Assembly (NCBI GenBank): GCA_011109175.1
Contig: RDEW01000006.1
Span: 1,448,133 to 1,512,132, forward strand
Reading direction: 5' to 3'
DNA from: Dicyema japonicum
Lineage: Eukaryota > Animalia > Dicyemida
Length of the DNA: 64,000 bases
Each line of letters opens with the position of its first letter. The first letter of the stretch is position 1. Below, piece after piece: positions 26,323-39,004 of the stretch. The notes under the pieces are model-generated. The model saw nothing but the letters and a program-made list of their open reading frames with translations, was not told where the DNA came from and did not search any database. Position numbers and translations under genes: made by a program.

Positions 26323-27920
26323 TAGATTTAGTTAATTGTTTTTAATATTTTTAGAAAAATCTAAAGTTTTTGAAATAATCAATTTTCCCTACAAATTTAA
26401 TGTTTAAAATTAGAAAAACATTGTGGATTGGTTACTTGGCCTTAGCATGTCTGAGTTTATCAGGTTAATCGAGGGGCTTGCAGGACTGCGGATGGAAGAT
26501 CCTAGATTGTTCTATCATGAGGGTTGACTCCCATTGCGTGCTCAATATCTGAGGTCAATGAAATTATTGGCATAAAATTAAAAATGTAATGATGGATGAA
26601 TTTTTTTAAAACCAAAATGTGAGATTATTCCCATTAGTGGTTAATTATGCGGACTAGCATGATTATAAATAGTAATTAAGGTAATTAGCACAATGAGTAG
26701 ACTCTCTAATCAAGTTGATCCCTTTTATTTTTGTGATTACTCTTGGAGGAGGAATGAAATATTTTTAAAAAAACATTTCACTGACAAACCAAAATGCCAT
26801 TATGAAAAAGACAAACAGTCACTCTCACTGTATCTCGACAATATTAAGGTTCAAACTCGATAACAAGTCAAGGACTATTAGATCTGACAAAAGTAATAAA
26901 TTGGATTTGACGGTTCAAAAAACGAATGATCAGCCCAGAAAAACAAGTTTTCAGACAAAACAAAAAAACATCAGTTAATATATTCTTTCTCTCTTTTCTT
27001 TAATAAAAATTCTTTTACTGTTAAAATTTTGTGTTTTTAAACAAAATTTTACATCAAGACACTGTTAGGAGGGATCTAATTCATGACTTCAACCAAATGA
27101 CCATATGGAGATAGCATACTTTGAAAAGTAACGAACCTTTCATGGATAATTGTAATATTCATTCCTTGCTTATAAAGTGATTATCACAAATTCGTGAAGT
27201 TTAAGAAAACATTACCAAAAATCCACTCAATGACTGTAAATTTATAGTAAAATTAGGTAAAAATAAAGTGATCGTTAATAGATTACCATATTCTCAATTT
27301 ATATTATCTCTTGACAATATAAAACAAAACCGCAAATTACCACTTCGTTTGGAAAATTAAAAAAATAAATTAAAGTTATCACGGTTTTAGACCACTTGAC
27401 TGGCAATGTCCCTACAACAAATGCTTTCTTCCCATTTATCTTTCTATTTCCTACTGAACCTTTATTATGGGGGTTGGAAGCGATCAAACCACCTATTTTG
27501 AAAAATTATATTAAAATAAACAACTATACAGTATCCACCCTAACGCCCGGCTATTCCCTCTCAGGATGGCAAGATTCTCTCAAATAGCCAGCAGCGAGAT
27601 CGATTTTCTGACAAAATAGATAACTATCATGTACCTCTGGGTATCGACACTATAGAATTGGATTCACAGTTAACCAGGATCTTTACGACCATGTGATTCC
27701 TGTATCTCGGAACATATAAATTTTACGCAATTCAAGTGGGGGAAGAAACCAACTCATTTCTACATCTACACTACAGTCTCGGTTAACACCAATCCTGAGG
27801 AGCTCACGACATGCCACTAAAATAATATATGAATGTGGAGGAAGTGGATGATAAAGTAGTGACCACCATATTGTTTGGTAATCATAAATATAACAGAAGA
27901 TGCTCAAATTAACGAAAAAA

Positions 27921-28303
27921 TAAGTGCCTAAAATACCTCTGCAGACAAAATACCTCTAAAAAATAAAATACCGACAAATACCTATAAAATACCTCTGCAG
28001 ACAAAATACCTCTAAAAAATAAAATACCGACAAATACCTATAAAATACCTCTGCAGACAAAATACCTCTAAAATAAAATACCGACAAATACCTATAAAAT
28101 ACCTCTGCAGACAAAATACCTCTAAAAAATAAAATACCGACAAATACCTATAAAATACCTCTGCAGACACTAAAGAAGGCACTTCTGGAGGGGAGTTGGG
28201 TCACTGGTGGAACATTCAAAGAGAATTTGGGAGATATTGGAGGTTGGGATCACCTAATTAGTGGGTTAACCATTCTTTTTTGGTGGTCTTGTTGTTTAAA
28301 TAA
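27921..28303 (+). mobile_element. 5'-truncated APE-RT LINE 3' end carrying the minisatellite, inside one TSD
   Basis: ORF end ...ILEVGIT*; 15-bp TSD AAATTAACGAAAAAA at 27906-27920 and 28304-28318. Confidence 0.8.
27929..28168 (+). repeat. Minisatellite, about 56-bp unit x4 plus a partial
   Basis: Units start at 27929, 27985, 28041, 28095 and 28151 (TAAAATACCTCTGCAGAC...). Confidence 0.95.
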
Positions 28304-28549
28304 AAATTAACGAAAAAAACCATTAAGGAATTCAAAGCATGAAAGGACATATTACTAGAATAAGGGTATCCAGCAAACTTGAGTGCAAGTTTTGCGACCT
28401 TCCCGTATTTTTCAGCAGAAAGACCCTGGCGTCCACAGGTATTAAGGGTTTCCTTGCATCAGCACTCTTGTGTTTGACAAATTTTTAGTCCAATTCGGGT
28501 GGAGATCCCAATTCAGACTGCAATATAATAGAGATTGAGACTCCAATTA

Positions 28550-29100
28550 CAGTAAAGTCTCTCGAATCCGCCAATTATAACTAATAAATTCTATAATCCA
28601 CCATTTTTTCTAACAAAATTTCTCGAATCCGCCAGATTTTTTTAATGAATCCATGTCTCTTAATTTTAAATAATTTTTTAAATAACTTATTAACACGTTG
28701 TCATTGATTATTGTTGTTTTCATGAAACGTAACCGTACAAGATTAAAAAACAAACAAAAAATTTCAATTTTAAAGTTCATTGAATCGAATATTGAATTAC
28801 CTTCGATAAAAATTTCAGAAATTTTTTTTTCCAAAAAATATAATGCTCCTATTTCTCGTAGATTTATTGATCATCTGAGAAGTAAAAAAGGATCTGAAAA
28901 TATGTTGAATAACTTACGATCTGACATTTCTCGCAAAGAATAGTTAAAGTTTAGTGAAATCGATTATGACACGATTTCTTTGGTTAATTCAATGGATGTT
29001 AAAGGAGCCATTTTGAACGATGAAATTATTACTGAGAAAGCCAAAACATTTGCATCGAAACGAGGGATCACTGATATCAAAGGAAGATCAAAATAATAGA
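28550..29100 (+). mobile_element. Tigger/pogo-like element, 5' part (TIR + CENP-B-type HTH)
   Basis: TA|CAGTAAAGTCTCTCGAATCCGCC end with a subterminal repeat; MKRNRTRLKNKQKISILKFIE... and GAILNDEIITEKAKTFA. Confidence 0.75.
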
Positions 29101-29258
29101 ATAAAACACAATCCCTATCGAATTGTTTAATTTTGGAAACCTTTAACAATATTGTCCATTATTATTGTAGATTTAACACTTAAAAGATGATAATTAATAT
29201 CCAGGAATAATTTATTGGATATTTATTAAAATATAATTTTTATTTTAATTCTAATATA

Positions 29259-29809
29259 TCCGAAGAAGCGCCGGAAGGGGACCACGTCATGCTGCTCTGA
29301 ATGATGTGATCGTCAGAGCTCTGAAGGCTTCAGGCTTCCCAGCACAGCTTGAACCAGTGGGTCTTGATCGAGGAGATGGGAAGAGACCTGACGGGATGAC
29401 CCTTTTCCCCTTCACGTCTGGAAGATCTTTGGTCTGGGACGCAACTTGCATAGACACGTTCTCAAGCACGAACATTTTTAAATCTGTTCAGACACCTGGA
29501 GCAGCTGCTTCGACTGCGGAAAACCTAAAAATCAAGAAATATTCTTGCCTCGGGGATCGCTACCGATTTACTCCTGTTGCGACCGAATCATCGGGAGCCG
29601 TTGGTCCAATGACGGCTGAATTCTTGCAAGAACTCGGAGGATTGCTTGCCAGAAAGAAAAGGGATCAACGAGAAGGGTTATGGCTAAGACAAAGGATTGG
29701 AATAGCCATACTCCGAGGGAACTCGTTCGCAATCCATGCAGCAGGCTTCCTCAACTGACATTTGTTTAATTGTTAAAAAATTTTTTTGTTAAAAAAAATA
29801 AAAAAAAAA
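29259..29809 (+). mobile_element. Young 5'-truncated CRE-like LINE (RLE domain open)
   Basis: Open ORF RHAALNDVIVRAL...RPDG...WDAT...KKY...RGNS; A-rich tail; 12-bp TSD AATTCTAATATA at 29247-29258 and 29810-29821. Confidence 0.93.
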
Positions 29810-30027
29810 AATTCTAATATAATAAAAATTTATTAATCTCATAGCAATTGAAATGAAACATAAAATAGTGGTAGTTAAGATAAAGACTTTGAAATTTTTT
29901 TTATTATTTAAAAAATAAAATAGATGATAAATATACTCTCTAAATATTTAATATGAAATTGCAATTATTTAGAACATCTAGTTTTACAGGAAAGGATCTT
30001 ATAATAATTTCAAGCAAATAATTGCAG

Positions 30028-30424
30028 TTCTAGCCTATTGAATACCGAACCTATTGGACCAATAGCGGGTACTTCATTATAATATATTTTATTAGGATAT
30101 ACTACTTCCACAGTTACAACTAAAGGTAAAATCTCTTCTACGACCAATGATTACTTCTTTTGGTAAAACATTTTAATTCCATGATTATTCTATTCATTTG
30201 GATATTATCTTTATTCATAGAATTGATTACAACAACTTTCCTTACTACAACTGAAGGTAAAATATTTTAATTCTATATTTAATCAATTTATATTATTTTT
30301 TATTTGAAGATCCAAGCATAACAAGATAACAATTACTTTAATTTCATAGTAAGCACCCATGCCCGAAAATTTAGTACTTCGTCCGTTGTTTCCACTGGAA
30401 GTAACACTCCTCGTAATTGGATGG
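30028..30424 (+). other. Thr/Ser-rich micro-exon array (mucin-like or MEG-like gene or pseudogene, incomplete model)
   Basis: AG/GT-bounded phase-1 symmetric exons at 30096-30125 (YTTSTVTTK), 30221-30256 (LITTTFLTTTE) and 30350-30424 (STHARKFSTSSVVSTGSNTPRNWM), with repeated G|GTAAAA donors. Confidence 0.5.
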
Positions 30425-30899
30425 GTTTTAGCTGACATACTAATTTAAACTAACTGTTATCTAACTTGGTTTATTATTCCCTCATTTAAAACATATGAAT
30501 GATATAATAACAACTAAATATAGAAAATTGAGAAATTTAAAAAAATCAGTAAGAAATCATATTAACACTTCGTAGGACTTACTCATTAAGAAGTTGGTCT
30601 TTAACAATCAATTTGTGCATCAAAAAACATCCAAGAACCGGAAAAGACATGTCTATTAAGCACAAAAATCAGTCAATGGAAATCCTTAAATAATCACAGT
30701 TGTAGAAATCCTTTAAGAAATAATCCAAAGTAATAAGGAAAATTAAATGATCCTTTTGATTCTTTCTGGAATTGGATTTTACAGTAATGAAGAAACCAAG
30801 CAATGGGGAAATTAGTTGTTTTAGAATAATTATACAAATTCTATGAAATATTTCTACGTAATTATGCTAAATTAGTGAATAATATAGGCCTGAATAACG

Positions 30900-31330
30900 T
30901 GCCTAAGAAGCAGCTTCTATGTTCCTATGTTCAGAAAAACCGGGATTCTGTATGCTGCCTCAGGAGACTAAAATAAAAAATAGACTCGATGAAACACATC
31001 AAATTACAGGTACTATCGCTTCCCTCAGAATCGAGGCATTATGAACAAGGCTTTGCCATACATAAGGACTATATTCCCAGAGTATATCGTTACTGGAAAG
31101 TCAATGACAGAATCAGTGTCTTACAACTACGTAAAAGATCAAGCAGAAATTCGAGGAGACTAATCTCAATTATCAACGCACCACACAGTGGACGTATCCT
31201 AAAAAATCCGGAAGAACTTGAGCTGTTCTACGAGGAATTGGGAAGGACATTAACAGACCTCTGTTCATCATACTTTTTGTTTATTGCAGGGGACTGGAAT
31301 GCGAAAGTGGGAATTCGTAGAGGAATTGAA
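30900..31330 (+). mobile_element. RTE-like APE endonuclease fragment
   Basis: CCLQETK, VNDRISVLQL, FYEEL...FIAGDWNAKVG. Confidence 0.8.
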
Positions 31331-33002
31331 AGCTTCATTTTATTTCAGCAATCGAGCAAAGCAGAAACAAATATTTGGCTGCTTATCAAGTAAAATCATT
31401 AGATGGAATGCACTGATTTAAAATAACGTCACTTAATTTGAAATTTAATAAATGGCCAATTTGCGAGGGTCGAGTGTATATGATTCGTCCTTACGCTTCT
31501 TATTATTTGGAAGTTTATGTAGTTATTTTATTAATAACACAGATATTGGCCTTCTGGCTGAAAGTACCATCTAATGACGTAGGATGTGACTGTCGTATGT
31601 TCCAATCAGAATGATAGACTTTTCAGCAAAGGTCAATTCACGTTCAAACAGGTCACCCGTGAGGCAACGATTCCTCCTGGCACGACACAAAGTTTCGCAT
31701 TATTTGGAAATATATGTACAACTAATTTATTTAATAACCCCGGATGTATCGGAAAGAGATTGACTTAGCTTCTAAAGTATATCCATTTTTCACCGTCGGA
31801 ATAAGTAGTGTCTTTCTTTTCCAACCAACAGGTCTATTTAAATAGGCCATTGTGGGGATTTTTTTAGTTTAATGAGAAGAGAGATTTTTTTCGTAGACAT
31901 GATTTTCCTTTGTTTGATGAAAGCCAAAGACAGTGGATCGTTTAATATTAGTCAAGGATTTGTGACTGAGCAGCAATAGGTGGTGCCTGATAAAAGAGAA
32001 TTTTTGATTAATGCATAACCAGTTACAATGACGTTAATCTCTAGTAGATTCCATAACGTTATATAATATTTACAAATCTATACTATTAATGAAAACACGC
32101 ACTTAAAATCAAAACGCCGTGTTAAACCACATGTCCGGTGAATATTCCCCACTAACAATTTTCAATAGCTCATCACACAGAATATCGTGAAGGGCCTCAA
32201 ATTTCTTGACTAAAAAAACAATAAACACCATCGTAACCAGATGATTTCCAATTCGGTGAACATTCAATTATGTTCTTGATAAAGTCACGTGTTATATCCA
32301 CTGTAGACTCTTCCACTCCAGTTATACATTTTTTCGACAACGTTAAAAGATCTCTGACTTTCAGCTTTCTCCCACACGGTTTCCCAAAAAGATAAACACT
32401 CATCTTTTCTCACTTCATACACAGTATGCTGAGCATCACAGCATAATTTTAAAAATTTATTCATTCATAGATCTCAAATTTAGATATTATTGTTAAAATG
32501 TGATCATGGAAGCTACAAAGCTACCATATCGCAATAAAGAGTGAGGTATGGAAGGTCTTTCATATCGAATTAACACTTAGGCCCACCACAACCACAACAC
32601 GCTAAACATTGTGGTTGAAATCCAATTTGATTCGACAGTTTAATAGTAGACATATTATTTTTATCAAACCAAATTTGTAAAAAATTGATTTAATCAAATG
32701 GTTCTCAACCTGGGCGCTATCGCCCAATTGGGCAGTGGGATTTTTAGTCTCAACCCCAAAAAGAAGTGAAGAGCATTCTTTCCTTCTCCCTTTAAGAATA
32801 GTTATAATAACTGTTCTTTACTTAAATAAAGTGTTTCCTGGCTGAGTGGAGCTATGGCTAATATGGCTCTGCATAAAAGTGCAGTTAGTTAATTATTTAT
32901 TGAGAAGTGAGCGAAATTGAAAGTGCGAGGTGATATGCGACTTTATTTAAGTCAAATCAAGTCTGATAATGAAATGTTGAATAAAAGTAATCAAGAATCA
33001 CA

Positions 33003-33330
33003 TTATTAATAAGCACACCGCAAAACAACGTTATTAAAGTTATCTCGCTTGTGCCACCCTCTCCTGGATGCGTTTTGTTAATCGCTTCCAGTTTTCTCTG
33101 TTCTTCGATAGGTCCCTCAGGTGCTCAAGATCATCTGCCGACGTCAACCCTTTCCCAATTGAAGTTAGGTCTCGATGTAGAAGGGTTGGTAGAGTGATTC
33201 ATGGTCTTATTCGGAAAGTCGATTCCTGATGAAGAGCATAGTTGTGTTCCATTCGAGATTAGCGGAAGTATTCCTGTCCATTCTTAGGATGTGACCAAAT
33301 AAACCCCATCTTTGTTGGGTGAGGTTGGTG
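33003..33330 (-). mobile_element. RTE-like LINE 3' end
   Basis: WGLFGHILRM...RENWKRLTKRIQERVAQAR*; same family as 53818-54430. Confidence 0.8.
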
Positions 33331-33792
33331 ACGCATCTCAAATTGCACTAATGTCTTTTTCACTCTTTTCAAACTCTTTGTTCACGCTTGCATCCTTCAA
33401 CGTTCGAGGACTAAAGTCGTCGGTCACTCTGCCAGGATCTGAACAAGAATCACATTAGTTAATTATTATTGCATTTTCAATAAAACTATTCGTTACCGAG
33501 TTGAATATCCTGGACATATCCTTTCCCAACATCTCGTCCTTTCCGAGTATCCGCCATTATAGAAACCCCCAGTGGAGTAGTGAAGAAAAAGATTTTTTTG
33601 ATGACGGCCAGACATTGGACGTCCCCTGGGTTAATGGATCCAACCACGCCTCTAAATACGGAAGAGGGGGAAGGAAATCCTTAGACCAAGTAGGTAGCTG
33701 TATCTAAGTCACAACCTCGAGGACAATCCCATTAAAGCATAAATGTGTTATAATTAAAGGGAACAAATCAATAATTAGTGAATTAGTAATCC

Positions 33793-35259
33793 CTAAAAGC
33801 TCTCAAATGTATCCTTTATGATTTGTGTGGACTCCAAGAGCTCTTCCTCAGTTATTGTTAGGGCAGGAGCAAAACGGATTTTATCCACGTGGGTAGTTTT
33901 GGTCAGCAATCCATTTTCCATTAGCCTTCTACAAATATCGTCCCCATTGTATTCTTAACCATTATTTCCCACAAATAAACCCTTCTTGACGACAATTCCG
34001 TTAAAAAGTCCTTTTCCACGGATACATTCGACGTATTTTGGATTGATCTTCCTGACCTCTCGTCTAAATATCTCCCCCAAATATTCAGCACGATCTGACA
34101 ACTTTTCTTCTTCTATTACCTAATAATAAAGCTGAATGGTCACTTTAAGGGCCTCTAGTGCTACTTTCGAAGACAAGGGGTTACCACCAAATGTAGACCC
34201 ATGTGTCCCAGGTTCCATGGTCAACATAACCTCATCATCCGCCAAAACGCAGGAAATCTAGATGATTTACACAATAAACCGGTAGCAATCCCCCAGATAA
34301 TGATTTCCCGAGGATAACAATATCTGGTCGTACATTCTCGTGATCGACACACAATTTTCTAACTTTAACGAGTATTGTACCTCCCAGTTCTTCCAAGGCC
34401 TGTTTGGACCTCATCATCAATGAAGAGAACATTATTTCGTTTAGTAATCTCCCTGACGCCTGTAAGGTACCCATCCTTGGGGACTACAACTCCAGCCTCT
34501 CCTTGAATTGGTTCAACCATAAAAGCACAGACATTTGGATCCTGACAGGCTTTCTAAATGAATATTTAATAATCGAAGAACATCGAGAGCTTCAAGATCA
34601 TCGTAGTCGACCATAACTACTCCTGGGAGGTAAGGACCGTACCCATTATAGCAGGATGGGTCAGTTGATGAGGAAACTGCCGCCATTGTACGTCCCAAAA
34701 GTTATCTTTAGCGTAAATTATTTTTGCTTGATTTTGTGGGATCTTTTTGACATAGTATCCCCACTTCTTGGCAAGCTTGCAGGCAGTCTCCCCACCCTCG
34801 GCGCCTGAAGGTCACTCCACATACAACCAGTGTTCATGGGCAGAACCTTGTCATATCCAAACAGTTTAGTGATGTATTCTGTGTAGGCCTCGAATGGTTT
34901 ATTATAGAAGGCTCGTGAAGATAATGTGAGTTCTTTAGCTTGGTCAATCATAGCTTGGACGATCCTGGGATGGCAGTGACCCTGATTCACAGCACTGTAG
35001 CCACAGAGGAAGTCGTAGTACTTCTTCCCAAACGTATCCCATACATAGCAACCTAGCCGTGTGTTAATGGGTAACCTTTTCCATAATTAATGACAACTGG
35101 TTGTGCCTTATAATTATGTGCACTGAATTTGTCGACAGTCTCGATCACTTTTGTGTCCACTTTGAAGGGATACCCATTTCTGACTGATGTGGCTGTAACA
35201 AGTAATTATAAATCACAACCATTGCTAATATTCCTCACAAAATTAGATAACTTAGACAT
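33793..35259 (-). CDS. OAT: Ornithine aminotransferase, mitochondrial (about 423 aa; one apparent 1-nt deletion)
   Basis: Eight introns (27, 23, 23, 28, 22, 22, 24, 27 nt). Motifs [65 protein letters not shown]-lysine [28 protein letters not shown] needs one extra G at 34694-34696. Confidence 0.95.
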
Positions 35260-36249
35260 TAAACAGGCCTTTCACGTGTAAATAAAATATGAATTTATTT
35301 GACATAATTATGTATTAATTTTTAATTATTGTGGAAAATAAAAATTGATATTTTAATTAACAATTACCAAGATTAGCATGCCTTCTGGCTGAACGTTACG
35401 TCTTAAAATAAATAAATAAACGTTACGTCTGATGACATTGGATCTGGCAGTCGTTGGTTCGAATCCAAAAGATGGAGTTTTCCAATTCTCACCAAACTCC
35501 CTACCCGAATCCACTAGTGAAGATTACCCATTATGAAAATACAACGAAAATGGAAGATGGGAGTTATCCTTAGCATAAAGTTAATATAAGGAGGGTTAAA
35601 CCGGTATAAAGAATTCTAACCAGATAGTTAACAAAAAAGTAACTTCTATTTAATATTTTAGTCAAAAAATTATAAAAAAGAGCAAACTAATATTGCCTGG
35701 AACCAGTTCTCATGAGAGAATTTCCTTTTACCGTCAAAGTGATTAACAATCCAAACTTACTACAAGTTGACTAATTATTTATCGTCATTTTAAATAATCA
35801 TTAGTCAAAAAATATAAAATTGAATAGCAGATACACACCACGTGAAAATAATAATCTGGTTACTATAGTTTAATTCCTAAGCAATCTTTTAATGTTTTTT
35901 GTTTTAAATTCTAGATATCCGAGGGAACTCGTTTGCGATCCACGCAGCCGGTTTCTCAACTGTTTCTTTGTTGAATAATTGTTTTTTATAAAAAAAAAAT
36001 TTATAGATATCAGTAACCAACGTGGTTGATTGGTAGGAAGTTTGGGTTAAGATACCTATAATGGACGAAATGTTTACCTCTCAAACCTTGAAACATAAAA
36101 TTAATAAATCCTCTGTTTTGACTGGAAAAATAGCTCACATGAGGTGTTCTGATTACTCTTTTGAATATGTCTCTTCTTTTCTCTGCACAAAACCTACAAT
36201 AGCGCAAACCTTTCCGATGCTCATATTCGTCCTTATCGTCTACCATTAT

Positions 36250-38560
36250 TATTATTACCCCCAGGATCACTGGGTCAAAGAGAAAGAAATAAAAGTTCTC
36301 ATCTAACTACGTGATCCCAGACCGACAAGGGAGAGGACGAGTCCGGTGGTGTCGAGAATCCTGAACAGCTTTTCTCATTGGACATATGGAATATAGGGCA
36401 GCTCTGTAAACTAGCCTCCTTTAAGATTTTCCGTTGTAATTCGATTAAGAAATTTTCAATGGGCTGGATTTTGAGTTCTGGTCCAATTATCCTTATTGCG
36501 GATTCCTCGATTGCGGATAATTTCAATGAGGAGGATCGTGAAATCTGCATTGCCCATACGTCATCGTTGGTCTGATAAATTGTTCATAAATCGTGGCAAG
36601 GCCACCAGTTTGGTCTCTAAGTGTTTTTGAGAGCACTTTTAAAATTCTCATTTTCTTCAGAGCAGAAGTTACTATGTTTTCAACATGTCGGATAAAGGTG
36701 AGTCCCTGATCAAAGGTTACTCCCAAAATCTTCGGTGTTTTGTTAATAGGAATAGCTTCGTTCTTCATAAAGATTTTTGGTTCGATACAGAGCTGTCTTT
36801 TGTAAGTGGTAAACACGTGACAGAGGACTTTGTTGCTGATGTGTCGAGTCTCCGCTTCGAGAGCCATAGTTACAGCTTGTCAAGCATTTGTTGAGTGAAC
36901 TGAGTCGCTGATTGAATGTTCTGCCTTGGAAGCAAGAATGATATCGTCAGCGTTTTCATTACAGGTTTGTGGCATGTCGTTTATGAGAGATTGAAAAAAG
37001 ATGGCGATAAGAGGATCCTTGAGGAACTCCATTTGGTATGAGATGGGATTTTGACTTAATGTTGTTGCAAATCACTCACGTCTCCCACTTAAGAAGTTGG
37101 CAATCCATAGTTTTATGATTGGGTGATGCATGTATCGTAAATTTTCTCAGTAAGGAGTTTTCTTGAGACTGTGTCGAAAGCCTTTGTTATATCAACAGAG
37201 ACCAAGACTGTTCGTTGGTGTGGTTTAGTGGAATTAATCCCTCCGCAATGAACTGGCACAGAGACGTTAGCTATGTTGCTGTGGAGTGTTTAGCCCGGAA
37301 TCTATGTTGGAAATGAAAGAGCGGGTGTAGTCTTTGACATTTTCAAGAACTAATCTTTCGACTATTCGGGAAAGTGAACATAGGATCGAGATTGGTTTGT
37401 AGGAAGAGGTCATTTTCGGAATTTCCTGGCTTCAAGATTGGTTTGATGTATAATCTCTTCCAGAATAGTGTTCATATTTATTGATATTGTGAATATGCAA
37501 GCAATTAAATCTAGAGCAAGAGGTCCTAGATGCTTTAGTTACGTTGTAAAAATATTGTCTGGACCTCGGGCTTTGGAGTTTCGGGTCTTTGATATTGCCC
37601 ACTGGACGTCCTTCGCCGTAATATGGTCCACACGTATGATCTTTCGGTTTTATTCTGTTTAAGAGTACTTGGTGTTTTTGAGTGGTTTTTATGTGCTATG
37701 GAAGCATAGTATTTCATTAAGGTGTTTGGTTGTAGTAATATCCCTTTTGCGGTTCATCGAAAGACCTTTTGATAGATTTGATTTTGTTCCAGACTTTCTG
37801 TACTGACGGATTTTCTGTTAGGGCTTTTGATAGTTCTGTCCAGCGTTTCTCGTTTGTTTTACTGATATATTTGTTAATCTCCTTGTTTAGTGTACGAATT
37901 CTTATTACATCCTCCTTCGACGGTATGTTCTTTTTTTTTAAATAGTTTCTTTCTTTGACTAAATGTTTGGCTGTTGAATTGAATCGGTTCTTGTGTGAAA
38001 GTTAGGGTCGTTTAGGATGCAAAAGGTTCCCAAGTCTTTGATTAGCATGTCTTCCCGCCTGTTTGACGTCTGACCTTTCAGCCAGAGTGGGTGTTTTGTA
38101 TTTAGGTCATCCAAAGAAGAACGTTCCTTAGTGAGCTGATCGACTAAGTTTTGGGCAAGTGGCTGATGAAGGAAATAGATATGAATTGATCAGAGTAAGA
38201 CGTAACCTTGGGAGTTGGATTTTTGTGGCCAGAATTTCGATACTTTCATGGTTTTGGAGACGGTTGTAAACGTATTTGGTGATATTTTCATAAGGGATCC
38301 CGTTTCGTATGATAGTTAGTAAGCCTCCCCCAAGTTTTCCACATCTATCTCTGCGGATAACTGAGTATCCAGGAAATTTTGGAGTTGTGTTCGCACATCT
38401 GAGTTTGTATTCTTGTAATAGAAGGACGTCAATTCTATATTTTTCCATAATCTTACATTTGATCTCGATTCGACGTCCCCACACAGAGACAGTCCGCCCT
38501 TGTCAGTCCATCTGTGTAGGATAGGGGCAGTTTAAAATGTCTCCAGTTTGGTGAGTTACG
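36250..38560 (-). mobile_element. Degraded near full-length APE-RT LINE with truncated 2A-like motif
   Basis: LSLCGDVES, LLLQEYKL...RRDR...GGGLL (APE); SVDITKAFDTV, GVPQGS, PKILGVTFD (RT); family tail near 36260. Confidence 0.85.
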
Positions 38561-39004
38561 TGACATTCAACATACCACAAAGCAGGCGTTGTCTTTTATT
38601 TATTTCTTTAACTCCAAGACCACCAAGAAAGATAGGTCAAAACTAACTAATTAGGTGATTTCAGCCTCCAACAACATCCGAACTCTTTTCGTCTGGTCTT
38701 CTGATGACCCAACCGCATTCCGGAAGCGCCTTCTCTTCCTTCTGCATAGGAATTCAATCGACGTGCACTTTTTTGCAACCGACCGAAATTCCTCTGCACG
38801 GGCCACCTTTTCTTCGAATGGGTTTCCAAGTTCCTTGCAAAAACGTAGGAATAGTTTATTGAAAATAATCAAAAAAATAAAATTAAAATTATTATAATTT
38901 TAGGCGTTGTCTTCTCGTAAATTAATAGTTAATTGAAAATAAAAAATTAAATATAATAATTATAATTTAATGATATAAATAAATATATTTTGATAGCCCA
39001 AATA

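Noticed and set aside
27929-28168. CRISPR-like array
   Set aside because: No unique spacers and a eukaryotic context; it is a tandem repeat.
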